64,000 bases of DNA from Iphione sp. A-MEVVRFRX5 (GCA_976226885.1 OZ320316.1:117304001-117368000), one strand, 5' to 3'. Positions 12,540 through 25,296 are shown, counted from the stretch's first letter. Notes: generated by a model from the sequence alone, not told the origin. Numbers and translations: made by a program.

Positions 12540-12680
12540 GTGAGATACATAATCTCGTGCTTGGCTGTATGGGAAACATACCCACGGCTTGCAGTAGTCA
12601 CACTCGGCTGCGCCTCGTGTGCTACTGCAAGCCGTGGGTATATTTCCCATACAGCCACGCACTCGTTATGTATCTATCAC
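12540..12680. repeat. 141-bp near-perfect hairpin with centre ACTCGGCTGCGCCTCGTG
   Basis: Arms AGATACATAA/TTATGTATCT, TGGCTGTATGGGAAA/TTTCCCATACAGCCA, ATACCCACGGCTTGCAGTAG/CTACTGCAAGCCGTGGGTAT. Confidence 0.93.
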
Positions 12681-12839
12681 TAAAACCTCTACCAACACCT
12701 TAGACAATGAATAACCCTCCAAACGCTCTGTTAGGGAGTAGTGGTCGCCCTAAAACCTCTACTAACACCTTAGACAATGAATAACCCTCCAAACGCTCTG
12801 TTAGGAAGTAGTGGTCGCCCTAAAACCTCTAGGTATGCA

Positions 12840-12980
12840 AAGTGTTGAGGTAGGGCCTGGGGCCCCCCCTAACTGTGTGAAATTGAGAACGGCCTCAGGC
12901 CACAATTCCAAATACGAATTATCCCAAATCCGAACGATTTTGGCAGAAACGGCGATCGTTCGGTTTTTGAGTTCTCTCTG
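12840..12980. mobile_element. Truncated inverted copy of the 49736-50153 MITE
   Basis: 12913-12980 is the near reverse complement of 49736-49800 and ends CTCTCTG|TA. Confidence 0.75.
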
Positions 12981-13310
12981 TATCTCACTAGCAAATCCGA
13001 ACCATTTCAAGCAATTACTCCGGTAGGTGAACAACCTCACAGATTACCACGCTTAGGTTTTATATGAAATAACATACTTTACTAGTCGATCTGCACCTGC
13101 TGCTACCGGCCCACCCGGCGGACCTGAGCTACCCTCTAGCGGCGCCAGGTGTAAACCCCTGCCGCTGTACCTCCCTTAACGTGGTGTGTTCCTAGATGTC
13201 ACCTAGTTACCAGAAGATTCATCTCCACGGGCCTCTAATCACGTGGTACCTTTACGGAGGATCTGAAGCGACCAAGAGCGCCCTAGCCGGTGTAGGGTGG
13301 CGACACCTAC

Positions 13311-13559
13311 CTTCCTCGCTGTTGTAGAAGTAGTAGACTTTGGTCCACGAGTAGTGTTTGATGATGTCGATGAGAGCTCTGGAGTAGAGGGGCCTCATGT
13401 AGATCTCATAGCCCAGCTCCTGGCCACTGACGTTCACCGCCGTACTCGGCGTGACGAACGGCATGTGGAAGGTGGAGGTGAAGGAGCGCAGGATGGGCAG
13501 GGTCACCACCGAGTGCGCCCCAAACAAGGCGAAGATGCCATTGGCCATCTGCGAGCAGA
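13311..13559 (-). CDS. GRIA-like: gene A exon 3 (ICSQMANGIFALFG...FHMPFVTPS...YMRPLYSRALIDIIKHYSWTKVYYFYNSEE)
   Basis: CTGTTTCAG acceptor, G|GTAGG donor, 249 nt phase 1-1; aligns by eye to AMPA ATD CSQ..G..A.FG / H..F.TPS / MRP...AL..I..Y.W. Confidence 0.95.
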
Positions 13560-13574
13560 CTGAAACAGAGCGAC

Positions 13575-13995
13575 AGTACCCACATCAAGGGTCACTCTAG
13601 GGGGACTGAGCCTAATCCACATACCGACACTAGGAACCCACATCAACGCTCACTATAGGGGGACTGAGACTACACCACATACTGACACTAGGTACCCACA
13701 TCAACGGTCACTCTAGGGGGACTGGGCCTGCACCACATACGACACTAGGCACCCACATCAACGCTCACTCTAGGGGGACTGAGCCTACTGCACATACCGA
13801 CACTAGGTACCCACATCAAGGGTCACTCTAGGGGGACTGAGCCTACTGCACATACCCACACTAGGTACCCACATCAACGCTCACTCTAGACGACTGAGCC
13901 TACACCACATACCGACACTAGGTACCCACATCAACGCTCACTATAGGGGGATTGAGCCTACTCCACATACCTACAGTAACCACAACAAGGGTCAC
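13575..13995. repeat. 58-bp minisatellite next to the exon 3 acceptor
   Basis: CCCACATCAA recurs at 13579, 13637, 13695, 13752, 13810, 13868, 13925. Confidence 0.95.
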
Positions 13996-14290
13996 TCTAG
14001 GGCTTCTTTAACTATAGACTGCTCCTCTCCCGCTTGTGTGTAGGGCCAAGCTCGGCTGACTGCTTGGTCTGGTGAGGGTTATCTCACGTTCTGTGCTTGT
14101 AAACGGTACTGTTTAGTGGTGAATAGTTATGTTTTATCCATTTGTAAACTGTTGTAACTCGTGGTGTTGAGTATAGTTCTCATGCTTTGATTCTAAACCA
14201 TACTCAATGGGGATAGCAGGCGTAAGGGTCTTTCATTCTCTAATCTTACACTGTATACAGTTAAGGTGTGCAAGGGAGTGCGGTACTCAC

Positions 14291-14440
14291 TGGTGGTGCT
14301 GAGAGAGTAGCTGTCGTTGACCTGGATCTTCTGTGAGTTGGCGTCCAGCTTGATCTGTTGTTCCGACTCTGAGTTTTGGTTCATGATCTCATAACTGAAC
14401 GTGGATCTCATGTCTGGTGAGGTGTCGTCAAATATTGCGC
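14291..14440 (-). CDS. GRIA-like: gene A exon 2 (GAIFDDTSPDMRSTFSYEIM...NDSYSLSTT)
   Basis: TTTGACAG acceptor, A|GTGAGT donor, 150 nt phase 1-1; GAIF...DSY motif of iGluR ATD. Confidence 0.92.
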
Positions 14441-14459
14441 CTGTCAAAGGGAGAAGACC

Positions 14460-14785
14460 ACGGTGATTCACAAGAAGGGCAGGGTGACTCACAAGATGGG
14501 CAGGGTGATTCACAAGAAGGGCAGGGTGATTCACAAGAAGGGCAGGGTGATTCACAAGACGGGCAGGATGGTTCACAAGACGGGCAGGGTGGTTCACAAG
14601 AAGGCCAGGGTGATTCACAAGACAGGCAGGGTGATTCACAAGAAGGGCAGGGTGATTCACAAGACGGGCAGGGTGATTCACAAGATGGGCAGGGTGATTC
14701 ACAAGAAGGGCAGGGTGATTCACAAGATGGGCAGGGTGATTCACGAGAAGGCCAGGGTGGTTCACACCGAGGCCAGGGTGGTTCA
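14460..14785. repeat. 21-bp minisatellite next to the exon 2 acceptor
   Basis: Unit GATTCACAAGAAGGGCAGGGT. Confidence 0.97.
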
Positions 14786-15239
14786 CAGTATGAAAAGCAA
14801 GAACAATCTGTAAACCTCTCATCTCTTAAACTCTAGGTAGTATAGGAGTTGGGGATATGGGGAAGGAAGCACAGGTGGGAGAAGTAGTAGATCGCAAGTA
14901 GTATAATGTGCAGGCAAGGGTACGGCCTTCAATATTTGATTCGTCTATATGATAAGCCCTACTAATTCTTAGTCTCTCTGACCTGAACCATTGTCCTACT
15001 CTCTGTATACCGTACTTTAATCTTCAGTCTATGACTTGTTTATAACCTGTATACTCACCCTCAATCTCTATAAGCTTTCTCCTCGTCAGTCTCTACCTCA
15101 CCCTCGAGTCTGTATATAACAGCCCTATTGTCTGTTTAAGCTTCAACTATTCCTTATCAGTCTAAACCTGGTCATAGGCTCTGTACACACCATTCCTCCC
15201 CCCAACTCTATTATGTATCCCTCTTCAGGGAATGCCTCA

Positions 15240-16085
15240 CCATATGCTCTGTATACTCATATTACCTGGATTTCTGTAAAATCATACTGCTCAGCAGTCA
15301 CAGCCTTACCATATACTCCCTTTACTATCAGCCGCTTGTTCTCTGCATCACCTTATCTATCCCTCATCAGTCTAAGCCTTACCTTATACTCCCTTTACTA
15401 TCAGCCGCTTGTTCTCTGCATCACCTTATCTCTCGACAATCTGACGCTTATCTTATACTCCATTTACTATCAGCCCCTTGTTCTCTGCATCACCTTATCT
15501 ATCCCTCATCAATCTAACCCTTACCTTATACTCCCTTTACTATCAGCCGCTTGTTCTCTGCATCACCTTATCTCTCGGCAATCTGACGCTTATCTTATAC
15601 TCCATTTACTATCAGCCCCTTGTTCTCTGCATCACCTTATCTCTCGACAATCTGACACTTGCCTTATACTCTCTTTACTATCAGCCCCTTGTTCTCTGCA
15701 TCACCTTATCTCTCGCCAATCTGACGCTTACCTTATACTCCATTTACTATCAGCCCCATGTTCTCTCTATCAACTTACCTATCCCTCTTCAGTCTAAGCC
15801 TTACCTTATACTTCATTTACCCTCAGTCCCCTGTTCTCTGTATCACCTTATCTATCCCTCTTCAGTCTAAGCCTTGCAATATACTCCATTTACTATGAGC
15901 CCCATGTTCTCTGTATCAACTTACCTATCCCTCCTCAGTCTAAGCCTTGCCTTATACTCCATTTACTATCAGCCCCTTGTCCTGTGCATCACCTTATCTA
16001 ACCCTCGTAAATCTAACCATTACAATATACTCCATTTACTATCAGCCAATTGTTCTCTGCATCACCTTCTCTATCCCTCGTCAGG
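15240..16085. repeat. Composite about 60-70-bp minisatellite
   Basis: Recurring CCTTATACTCCATTTACTATCAGCCCCTTGTTCTCTGCATCACCTTATCT. Confidence 0.9.
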
Positions 16086-16102
16086 CTAGACATTATCATA
16101 TA

Positions 16103-16575
16103 CAGTGAATACTCCAAATTGGAACACACACCATTTCAGACAAAAAACGTTCGGATTTCTGATATTTTGGATTTCAAATAGTGGCCAAATTCATCAAAAA
16201 ATCGGCAAAACTCAGCCAAATTCATCCTAATATTGGCAAAACTCAGCCAAACTCACCCATAGTCGCCAAAACAGATTGTTTTTTGGCAAATTGGTGGGAG
16301 AGTGGCGAATGGCGGACTACACGTGGAGGAGGCATGAATTCGTCAATGAGTAGCTCCATTCCTTTGATTTATGACAAATTGGGGAATTCTCCAATGAGCA
16401 TTCGGATTTTCAGCATTATTTGAATGTCTCTACGCAAAATAAGAGGATTCAAATTCGGAAATATTCGGAATATTTCTGTTATATAGTAGCTAAATAGAGA
16501 AAAACAATTGGTTGCAGGATAAAGTTTTTGGATTTCAGAAAATTCAGTTTTGGAATGAGCGGTTTTTGAATATCC
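16103..16575. mobile_element. Related pogo-like MITE fragment (a similar left end at about 11184)
   Basis: TA|CAGTGAATACTCCAAATTGGAAC start; TTCGG/CCGAA motifs; no intact right TIR. Confidence 0.45.
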
Positions 16576-16984
16576 TCAGCCCCCGTACTCTAGAACACCT
16601 TATCTATCCCTCGTTAGTTCACGCCTTGCCATACTCTTGGTAGGCTCCCATCAGCTTATACTCCGTATACTATGTCGCCACTATTTTCACTGTGTTAACA
16701 TCATTGCCAGCGTCCCTACGATCTGACAGCCTCTCCCAAGCTACTCAGCCATGCATGAGTGACTCTCACTAATTAGGTCAGGAGCTCCTTCCGTGTGATG
16801 TACTTAACTATGCATGAGTGAGTCAAGTAGAACTAATTATGGCGAGAGTGAGCTACGCTGGGGCAGAAGGTTTGGAAACAGGTGTGTGTGTTGGGGGTGG
16901 GGTGAAGGCCAGACAGCGGAGTAAATTATTACAGGAGCAAAGGGACAGATCTCCAAGTAGAGGAGGACAGAGGCAAGCTATTAT

Positions 16985-17370
16985 GAGGGGAAGGAGGAAG
17001 AGAGAGAGAGAGAGAGAGAGAGGGGAAGGAGGGGGAGGAGGAGGAGGAGGAGAGGGAGGAGGAAAGAGAAGTAGGAGGGAGAAGGAGGGAAGATGAGGAA
17101 GCAGGGAATGAGGAGGGGATAAGAAGGAGGAGGAGGAGGAGGAGGAGGAGGAGAAGGAGAAGGAAGGAGGGTGAGGAGGGAGGGGAGGATGTAAGGGCAG
17201 GGAGGAAGAGGGCAGGGAGAGGGGAGAGGAGGGGAGGTAGGAGGAGCAGGAGAGGGGGGGGAGTAGGAGATGGAAGAGGAGGAGGAGAAGAAGGAGGAGA
17301 AGAAAACAGGAGAAAAGCAGAAGGATGTAGAAGAGAGAGGAAGGTCAAACAGGGAGGAGGAGACGAGGTG
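16985..17370. repeat. (GA)n/(GGA)n purine tract
   Basis: Direct reading. Confidence 0.95.
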
Positions 17371-18109
17371 GAGGAAGTGATAGAGAAATGTTGGCATTCA
17401 ACTAAAATTTGACAAAAGATGAAGTAGTGAATGTGACTATACGCTCGGGCGATGGAGAGTCTGTAGGTATATACCAATGGGAAAGAGAAAATGGCCATTA
17501 AAGGGTTGACAGAAGTAATTAGGGATAGATTTATGGAGGAACAAGGAAAGTATCTTATTTGCAAGATGTTTCTTGACAGAATACCTTAATGATTGCGGGT
17601 TAAGTGTCCCCACGAAAGAGATAAACAAGGAAAGACAAACATATAACATTGAATGGGTAATGTGGGAAAAATGCATATCCTAGGATATGTATACAGTAGA
17701 AAGATGCCGGGAGCGTTATATGAGAGACTAACGTATACTAGAAGGGATCTATGGGAGAAAGGCTTATATGATAAACAGGTAATATATGATCCATGGCGTC
17801 TCAAGTCCTCCCTCCCTATCCCTGGGCCTCTCTATGTCCCACACGAACAGTTTCCTCTTACCTCGTGCGCGTGCATGAACAGTATAGTTAACCTTTCACG
17901 ATATGATCTAAGCATTACGCATATGTCTTATATCTAGTTTATGTAGTTTTATTTCGCAGGGATTAGACTGCGCTGATATAGAAGCTTTATTCTAATAACC
18001 AACTACAGGAGAGGGTAAGTGATATAAACGTAATGAATTAGTAGGTTACATGAAAGGAAAAGTAACAAAGTGCTTATATGCTAGAAGGCTAATGGCACAG
18101 TTACATAAG

Positions 18110-18650
18110 AAGGAGTGCATATACTTGGAGGGGTATATACTGGTAGGGACATATACTAGAAGGGACATACACTAGAAGGAGTATATACCGGTAGGGACCT
18201 ATACTAGAAGAGTATATACCAGAAGGGGTATACTCTAGGAGGGGCATATACTAGAAGGGGCATATACCAGAAGGGGTATATACCGGTAGGGACCTATACT
18301 AGAAGAGTATATACCAGAAGGGGTATACTCTAGGAGGGGCGTATACTAGAAGTGGTATATACCAGTAAGGACATATACTAGAAGGGACACATACTAGAAG
18401 GGCATATACTAGAAGTGGTATATACCGGTAGGGACAGATACTAGAAGGGGCGTATACTAGAAGTGGTATATACCAGTAAGGACATATACTAGAAGGGACA
18501 TATACTAGAAGGGGCATATACTAGAAGTGGTATATACCGGTAGGGACATATACTAGAAGGGGTGTATACTAGAAGTGCTATATACCAGTAAGGACATATA
18601 CTAGAAGGTGTATGTACTAGATGGGGCATATACTTCCAGGGTATATGCTG
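18110..18650. repeat. 16-17-bp minisatellite ATATACTAGAAGGG(G)CA
   Basis: Direct reading. Confidence 0.92.
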
Positions 18651-20019
18651 GATGGGTTTCTTAGATATACACGTTATATGCAGATTAATAGTATGGTAAT
18701 AAACTAGGCTTTCATTAAATCCACTTCGGTTATTAAGAGGAGTGGGGGGCCAATTGGGGGGAGGAAAAAGGCTAAGGCCAAGGTCAAGGGAAGGTAACTT
18801 GCACATGTGTGACATCACGGTCTGTACAGACAGCATCTCACCAATAATCACCAGGGATCCTATTAGCAAAATGGGAGTAAGGTAGAACTCTCTGAATCAA
18901 AGAAAGGGATAGGAAAACGTACAGGGACAGAAGGAAAGATAGAGTGTAGATAATGAGCCACAAATAGAGGGACCGACCAGCACACAGAGTGAAAGGGTTT
19001 CTGATATGGCATCCGCACCATGAACAGGGGAGAAACAGGTAGTCAGAGTGAAAGAGGTTCCAATAGACCATGTGTAAGGCCCTATTCACATGTATGCATT
19101 TTCCAACGTATATGTTTACGGACCCGTACCCGTATTTTACCAACCCCACTAATCTTTATGAAAGCATTCAGATGTACACATAGACATGTTTCTCTACATG
19201 TAGGCACACATAGACGTATCTTCCGAAATTGTCCTGGAGTTATTTTCTATGTGTACAGATGCATAGTCTACGGGAAGCTATGGTGAGGAGACATCTGGAT
19301 TTACATGCTAAGATGCCTAGCAGGAGGTACTTCATACCTCCGGACTGGTAGACACAGCTTTCATCAAAAGTCATACAGATACATGTGAATCGTCCCTTAA
19401 AGGGTAGGGGTAACAGACAGTCAGAGTGAAAGACGTTTTTATATGGCACAAGCGCCTTTGGCGCCTGCCTTATCAGGTGGAGGGATGTGATGTTGGTAAT
19501 AAAACTTGGGGGAGGGAAAGAGAGAGAGAGAGAGCAATACATCTTTTACAACCCTCGGTTCTGCTTCACTGAACAGAGAGGGTAGGAATACACCTCTCTG
19601 TGTAGAAAGTAGGGCTACATGTCATATGCTTTTTAGTAATTTAAGCATTTTACATATACAATAGATGAATAATCATCCTTCTTTTATCCACCAATATCAT
19701 TATGCATGAAGTCCTAACAAAAATAATGAATTTTGGTATAATCACATCAGAATGAGATGGCAGCCCCCAAGGCTGGACTACTTTCAGGCAACGTTTTATA
19801 TAGGTAGTGTAAAAAGCTGACAGGGAGAGACAGACGGACTGATACGCCATGTTAGGGGGGGGGGGGTTTACTGACGTCAAGGAGACAGCAGGAGGGACTA
19901 AAACGACGCCTACAGATACACGGACAGTCGGGTGGTATAGAAGAGCGCGGACAGCCGGGTACTTGGCGTTCACTCAGGCATAACCGCTGAAAACAAAGGT
20001 GTGAAGTAGCGCTAACACA

Positions 20020-20021
20020 TA

Positions 20022-20073
<52 letters not shown>

Positions 20074-21140
20074 TAGAGGGAGGGAGAGAGAGAGAATGTG
20101 TGTGTATTCACACACAAGAGAGAGATATCCATACACATATCTACACACAAGTGCATACATACCCATACACAACACAAAGGTGCATACACCAAAACACATC
20201 TGTACACACATCTATACACACAACTACACATACATCTATACACTGTACAAAGGTGCATACACCAATACACATTCAAATACACACCTATACACCCAACTAC
20301 ACACATATCTATACACCACACAAAGGTGCATACACCAATACACATCCATACACACACCTGTGCACCCAACTACACACATATCTATACACCATACAAAGGT
20401 TCATACACCAATACACATCCATACACACATCTATACACACAACTACACACATATCAAAAACAGATACACCTACACATATCCATACACACATCTGTTACAC
20501 ACATTTTTACACACAATTAAACAAATATAAAAAAAACTCAACTACAACTACGCACATATCAAAGACACATAGACCTACACACATCAATACACACAACTAC
20601 ACACATATTAAAGACAGATACACCTACACATATCCATACACACATCTATTACACACAACTACACATATATCAAAGACACATACACCTACACATATCTATA
20701 GACAGATCTATTATGCAAGGCTACACAAATATATATTGACTCATACACCTACATGCATCCATACAAATATCTACAGACACAACTACACACAAAGACAGAT
20801 ACACCTATACATATTTATACACCCATCTATACACACAACTACACTCATATCTATAGGCACATACACTTACACATATCCATACAGACATCTATTACACACA
20901 ACTACACACATGTCTATAGAAAGTACAAAGACACAAACCTACACTCATTTATACACACAACTGTATACATATCCAAGACACATACACCTATACAAATCCC
21001 TACACCCATAAGCTTGCACACATATCTTACATCCTTATACATATGAATATACTTACACATCTACATATCAACATATACAGTGGCATGTACAGCCACATAC
21101 ACATACTACAGACACTTACACCTCCATACACATATACTTA
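20020..21140. repeat. (GA)n followed by AC-rich composite satellite
   Basis: Direct reading. Confidence 0.92.
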
Positions 21141-21406
21141 TGTAGACATTATTACAGATACTCACTCACCTACAGTGGGAACAAAGCATACATGTATATG
21201 GTAATGCTACTTGACAGTTTGCTTTCAGCGGTTCCGCCTGAGTGCACATGGGTGTGACGTAGCTCCGCGCTCTTCCATAGAGACCGACACACACAAACAT
21301 GGGTGGGCGCGGCCTGCCACAGACAGCTGTCAATCAACAGTCACAAGCAGCCGATAGGCGTGGCTACCGGCTCTGGCTGGCCAGTGCTGCCTCCTGGTGG
21401 ACTTAC

Positions 21407-21497
21407 CGATAGGTAAACGCTCGGTGAACGCGTCTACGAAACCGCCGCCGATCGCACAGACGACGACGATCAGCGCCAAAGCCGGAAGTGTGCGCAT
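21407..21497 (-). CDS. GRIA-like: AMPA-type iGluR gene A, coding exon 1 (signal peptide MRTLPALALIVVVCAIGGGFVDA-FTERLPI)
   Basis: ATG in AAGATGC context; hydrophobic leader with V-x-A cleavage site; donor G|GTAAGT at 21406; 91 nt, phase 1, joins exon 2 as LPI-G-AIFD as in AMPA ATD starts. Confidence 0.9.
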
Positions 21498-21769
21498 CTT
21501 GACGTCCGGTTTCCAGTCACGTGGGTATGAAGTAGACACGAGTGCTCGGTGGAGATAGAAGGGGAGGGAGAGAGGTTCCTGGGTCGGGTGAGGATGGACG
21601 CTGGGTGGACGCTGGGTCGTATACAGTAGTAGGTGGGTGGTGGTCGTTGGTTGTCGGGTAGTGGTAGTGGTAGATGGGAATTTGTTCCAACTGGGAAAAA
21701 GGGGTGATCAGGTCCGGGCTGGCTTTCTGTGTCGGGTTCAGGCCCGGAGGAGTCTGCTGTTGGACAGTT

Positions 21770-22470
21770 ACGGGGTTAGGGGGCAGGGGGGTCCAAGTGA
21801 GCGTCTGTGGCTGCTGCTGCTGCTGCTAGGCAGGCGGGCGATCTGCTTCCGGTCTCGAGGCTCCAGGAGCACACTGACCATATCGTCGCCCCGCTGCTGC
21901 CGCCGCCTTTACCGCCGCTTCCGCTACTGTCGCCGCCTCGCCGCCCGTTACCGCCGCTAGCGCCGATCGTCGATCTCACCGTCAGCGCTTCCGTCGTCTC
22001 CTTCCTCCGACGCGCCGCCGCCGCTCCGCTCCATGGACGGCCGCACGCCGCCCGCCGCCCGCCACAGCCGTCAGCCCGCCACAGCCGCTGGCTCCGCCGC
22101 CACCGCCGCCGCCACCGTCGCCGCCGTCGCCGCCGGTCGCCGCCGGTCGTCAAGCCGCCGCCGACCCTGCCTCCCGCCGGTTGATGTCAAGCGCCCTCCG
22201 GCGGAGAGAAGTGAGAGCGCTCCGGTGACTGCAGTGTCGTCGGTCGGTCGGGCGCCCGGCTGCTACTGAGAGCCCCGCAGTCCGGGACGACGCGAGGCGG
22301 CGAGGAGGACGGCGAGGTAGGAGCGGCGAGGGGGAGGGGGGCATTAGCATGGGCGCGAGGGAGGAGGGGCCAGAGGGGGAGGGGGAGGGAGGGAGGGAGG
22401 GACGAGCAGATGGCTTGACGCTCGGCCCATGCGCGCATAGATTAAAACGTGCGACATAGATGGCGCCACT
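21770..22470 (-). promoter_or_regulatory. CpG/GC-rich 5' leader and proximal promoter region of gene A
   Basis: Dense CpG, (GGC)n and (AGC)n tracts immediately upstream of the ATG; TSS not determinable. Confidence 0.6.
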
Positions 22471-22684
22471 GTGTCTGCGGAGTCAGCAGCAGCAGCAGCA
22501 CTGGATGAGGGGGAAGGAATAAAAGAGGGAGAGAGTGAGGATGAAGAGAGGATGCAGGGCGAGAGAGGTGGGTTAGGGGAAGGAGACTAACAGGGGCAAC
22601 AAGATGAGGAAAATTCTACATGAAGACAGAGTGAAGCAGTGAAGAATCGGCAAAGAATGCTTAAGAGAGAAAGAGAGAGCGAGG

Positions 22685-22737
<53 letters not shown>

Positions 22738-23699
22738 GGGACGCAGAGACAGGGGACAGGGGAGTGAAAAATAAGAATAGGGTAGGAAGAGTCAGGCGGA
22801 GTCGGAGACACAGAATGGAGGTGAGGGGAAATCCTGATGAATTGTGTACACATATATGATAGAAAAAGGCATCTAACAAACTTGTGTGACATGAGTAGAA
22901 TTCGACAGGGTAAAACCGTCTATTGTGTACGACTAAATACTGGGAGGCGAGGGAAGAATGGTGAGAGGTGCGGATCTAAGTAGAAACTGTGTCCGACAGA
23001 AAGGCAGGGATATGAGACACACCTACATGTCCACACGGAACAGTAGCCAGCCACTAGAACGGGAAGAATAGGGGTAATTCGCACCAAAACAAGCCTGCTA
23101 CATAACCAACTCGTACCAACTTAGGCGTACCAACTGGCGGCATGACCTGCGTGACCCCTCAGTCTCGGTACTGCGCCCTCATACAGTCAGCCATGGTTCA
23201 TTATTAAGACAGGCGATGCAGCAGGTAGTTTACCATGTAAAGACCGTAGTAGGAGGTGACCGCTGGGGAGAAGCTTGCACGTCCCTTCTATGCGCCTCCA
23301 TCCAGTCTCATAATATATACTTAAACACCCTTGGAATGTTGTCTGTTCCCTGACCTCTGTCTCTCCCATCCTTTTCGTGTGCACCTCTACACAGTTTGTA
23401 TGTATTTCCTCTGACAGGTTCTACCCCCCTGTCCCTTTACACATATCATGTACCTTGTAATATCTCTCCTATAGCCCGGATTCTCACATCGTATTTATGA
23501 ACCCCTCGTATGTCTCTGTGTCCTGATAGTGTACCTCTCCAGCCCCTCTCACTTAAATGCACCTTGTATGTCGTTTTCCTGAAGAACCCTCACACCTTTT
23601 GAACCCTTCTCACATCATATTTATGGGCTCCTAGTGAGCCTGCTCTCCCTGGCCTCGGGCCCTCTCCAAGCCCTCTCACACATACTTTTGGAGCACTCT

Positions 23700-24510
23700 C
23701 TCGGTTCAGCGTAAACCTTACACATCTGCTCGCTGACGCTAGTGCTGAGCTGCTCCGCCATCTGCCTCCCTACCATCTGCGCTCTGGCCTCCTGCTCCCC
23801 TGCCATCTGCCCACACTGCTGCTGCGGGTAATGTTGAGTGATGTCGTGTCTCTACAATGTTCGCATGGGATGTTGATGAGGAGGCAGAGAAGAGGGAGAA
23901 AGGGGGGGGGGGCGCCAGAAGAGAGGCAGGAATGGGAGTGAGGGGAGGAGGACCCAAACTCTGTCTGCGGCCACTGTTAAAAGTGCATAATTTATGTTAA
24001 TGTGAGGGTCCCGCGCACCTCCGCAGACGCCGTGCGCAGCTCCCCCCTCCCCTCTCCCTCCCCCTGCCTCCCCCTCCCCCTCCCCCCTCCCCCGGCGAGC
24101 AGCTGCTGGGTCTCCGCGGTGTGTGCAGATGGCCAGCTGCTCGCTCTTTAAGAAGCAGGTGCTGGTGTCGCCGGCTGTCCTCCACCTCCTCCTCCTCCCC
24201 TCGTCCTCCTCCTCGTCCTGCTCCTAGCTGCAGTGATGGCGATGGTGATGAGCCTGTAATGGTAAGGACCCCCCCACCCCCACCCCCGCCCCACCCGTCC
24301 TCCCATACCACAGCCTGGGCCTGGAGCACACATATTCGAGTTATATACACCGCCGTGTACAAACAAACATAGAACATGTCCGCCCTCTCCCTCACCTTCA
24401 GGTAAAACGCTGAAATATCCCCGAACTCCTGGTCGCGCTTCCCTGGGATAGGTTTAAATAGTACAGGATAACAGAGAGAGACGGAGGGGGAGTCCGTTTA
24501 TAAATAGCTA
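23700..24510. promoter_or_regulatory. Second GC-rich block upstream of gene A; candidate distal promoter or non-coding first exon
   Basis: CATCTG E-box cluster 23723-23809; AT box TTTATAAATA at 24497-24506; minus-strand donor-like GAAG|GTGAGG at 24395. Confidence 0.35.
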
Positions 24511-24704
24511 ATGACCGACACATTTGTCATGCCTCGCTCTTACACAAGGCCCTTCATGTTTCTTTGTGTTCTCTAAATGCGGCCAGGCTCTTTATTTTTG
24601 ACGAGGTGACAGTTAATGTTTTTTTTCGATCTACAACAGCAGTGCTCTAGTTGCTAAAAATGTCAAGAACCAACGCCACCCTTCCGACCCTAACATATAA
24701 CCAA

Positions 24705-24744
<40 letters not shown>

Positions 24745-25296
24745 TGGGATGGGGGCTAATTATATCCGCTCTGTAAAAGCCGCAATGAGAACCAAACTCC
24801 TACGATTGTTGTATTTGTCAAAGCTAATTGGTGTAACTACACATCATGGCGTGCTGCCCACCAATGCATACAGAAACGCACACCACAAGCAAACTACAGT
24901 AAGACGGAAGAGAAGAGGAAGACGTCTCTACTCCCTACATTTGATGTACAGTCATACAATAAGTTATTGATTGTTTTTTATGAGATGATTCGGATATTCA
25001 TGTTTTTGTCGTCGGTAAGTATACTTGAGATACATCCCTTGGTACAGGTGTAAGTCATAATAATCTCATGATTAGTCCGTACTTGTTAGCCTTTATGCAA
25101 TGAGCATGTAAGAATACATTGTCCGTTTTGATTTGTAACGAACATTAAACTACCCCTACAACCCCTCTCTCTCTATGTTCCTACCATCCCCCCGAGCCCG
25201 TTATATCGCGTAATAGTCTCAGTCGTTCTCTGTTATTTTGAGTGTGTTGTTGTCGTTTTTCTTGTGTTTACGCTATGGTTCAGTGCATTTTTAGCT

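Larger units (their letters stand above)
11545..12680. mobile_element. Non-autonomous Crypton-like element inserted in a 70-bp tandem repeat
   Basis: TTAAAGCACGGCT (11545) and AGCCGTGCTTTAA (12527-12539) inverted repeat, then hairpin 12540-12680; flanks rejoin as GGTCGCCC|TAAAACC, identical to the uninterrupted unit at 12741-12757. Confidence 0.8.
11465..12830. repeat. 70-bp tandem repeat (11465-11544 and 12681-12830) split by the insertion
   Basis: Unit GTGGTCGCCCTAAAACCTCTACCAACACCTTAGACAATGAATAACCCTCCAAACGCTCTGTTAGGGAGTA; unit starts at 11465, 11535, 12741, 12811. Confidence 0.9.

Noticed and set aside
14441-14822. In-frame LVNHPAL-repeat extension upstream of exon 2
   Set aside because: The only upstream acceptor (14808) is phase 0 whereas exon 1 ends in phase 1; openness is expected for a 21-bp unit
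24121-24262. Plus-strand coding first exon ending ATG|GTAAGG
   Set aside because: Frames from available ATGs stop within the segment and no downstream plus-strand exons are recognisable
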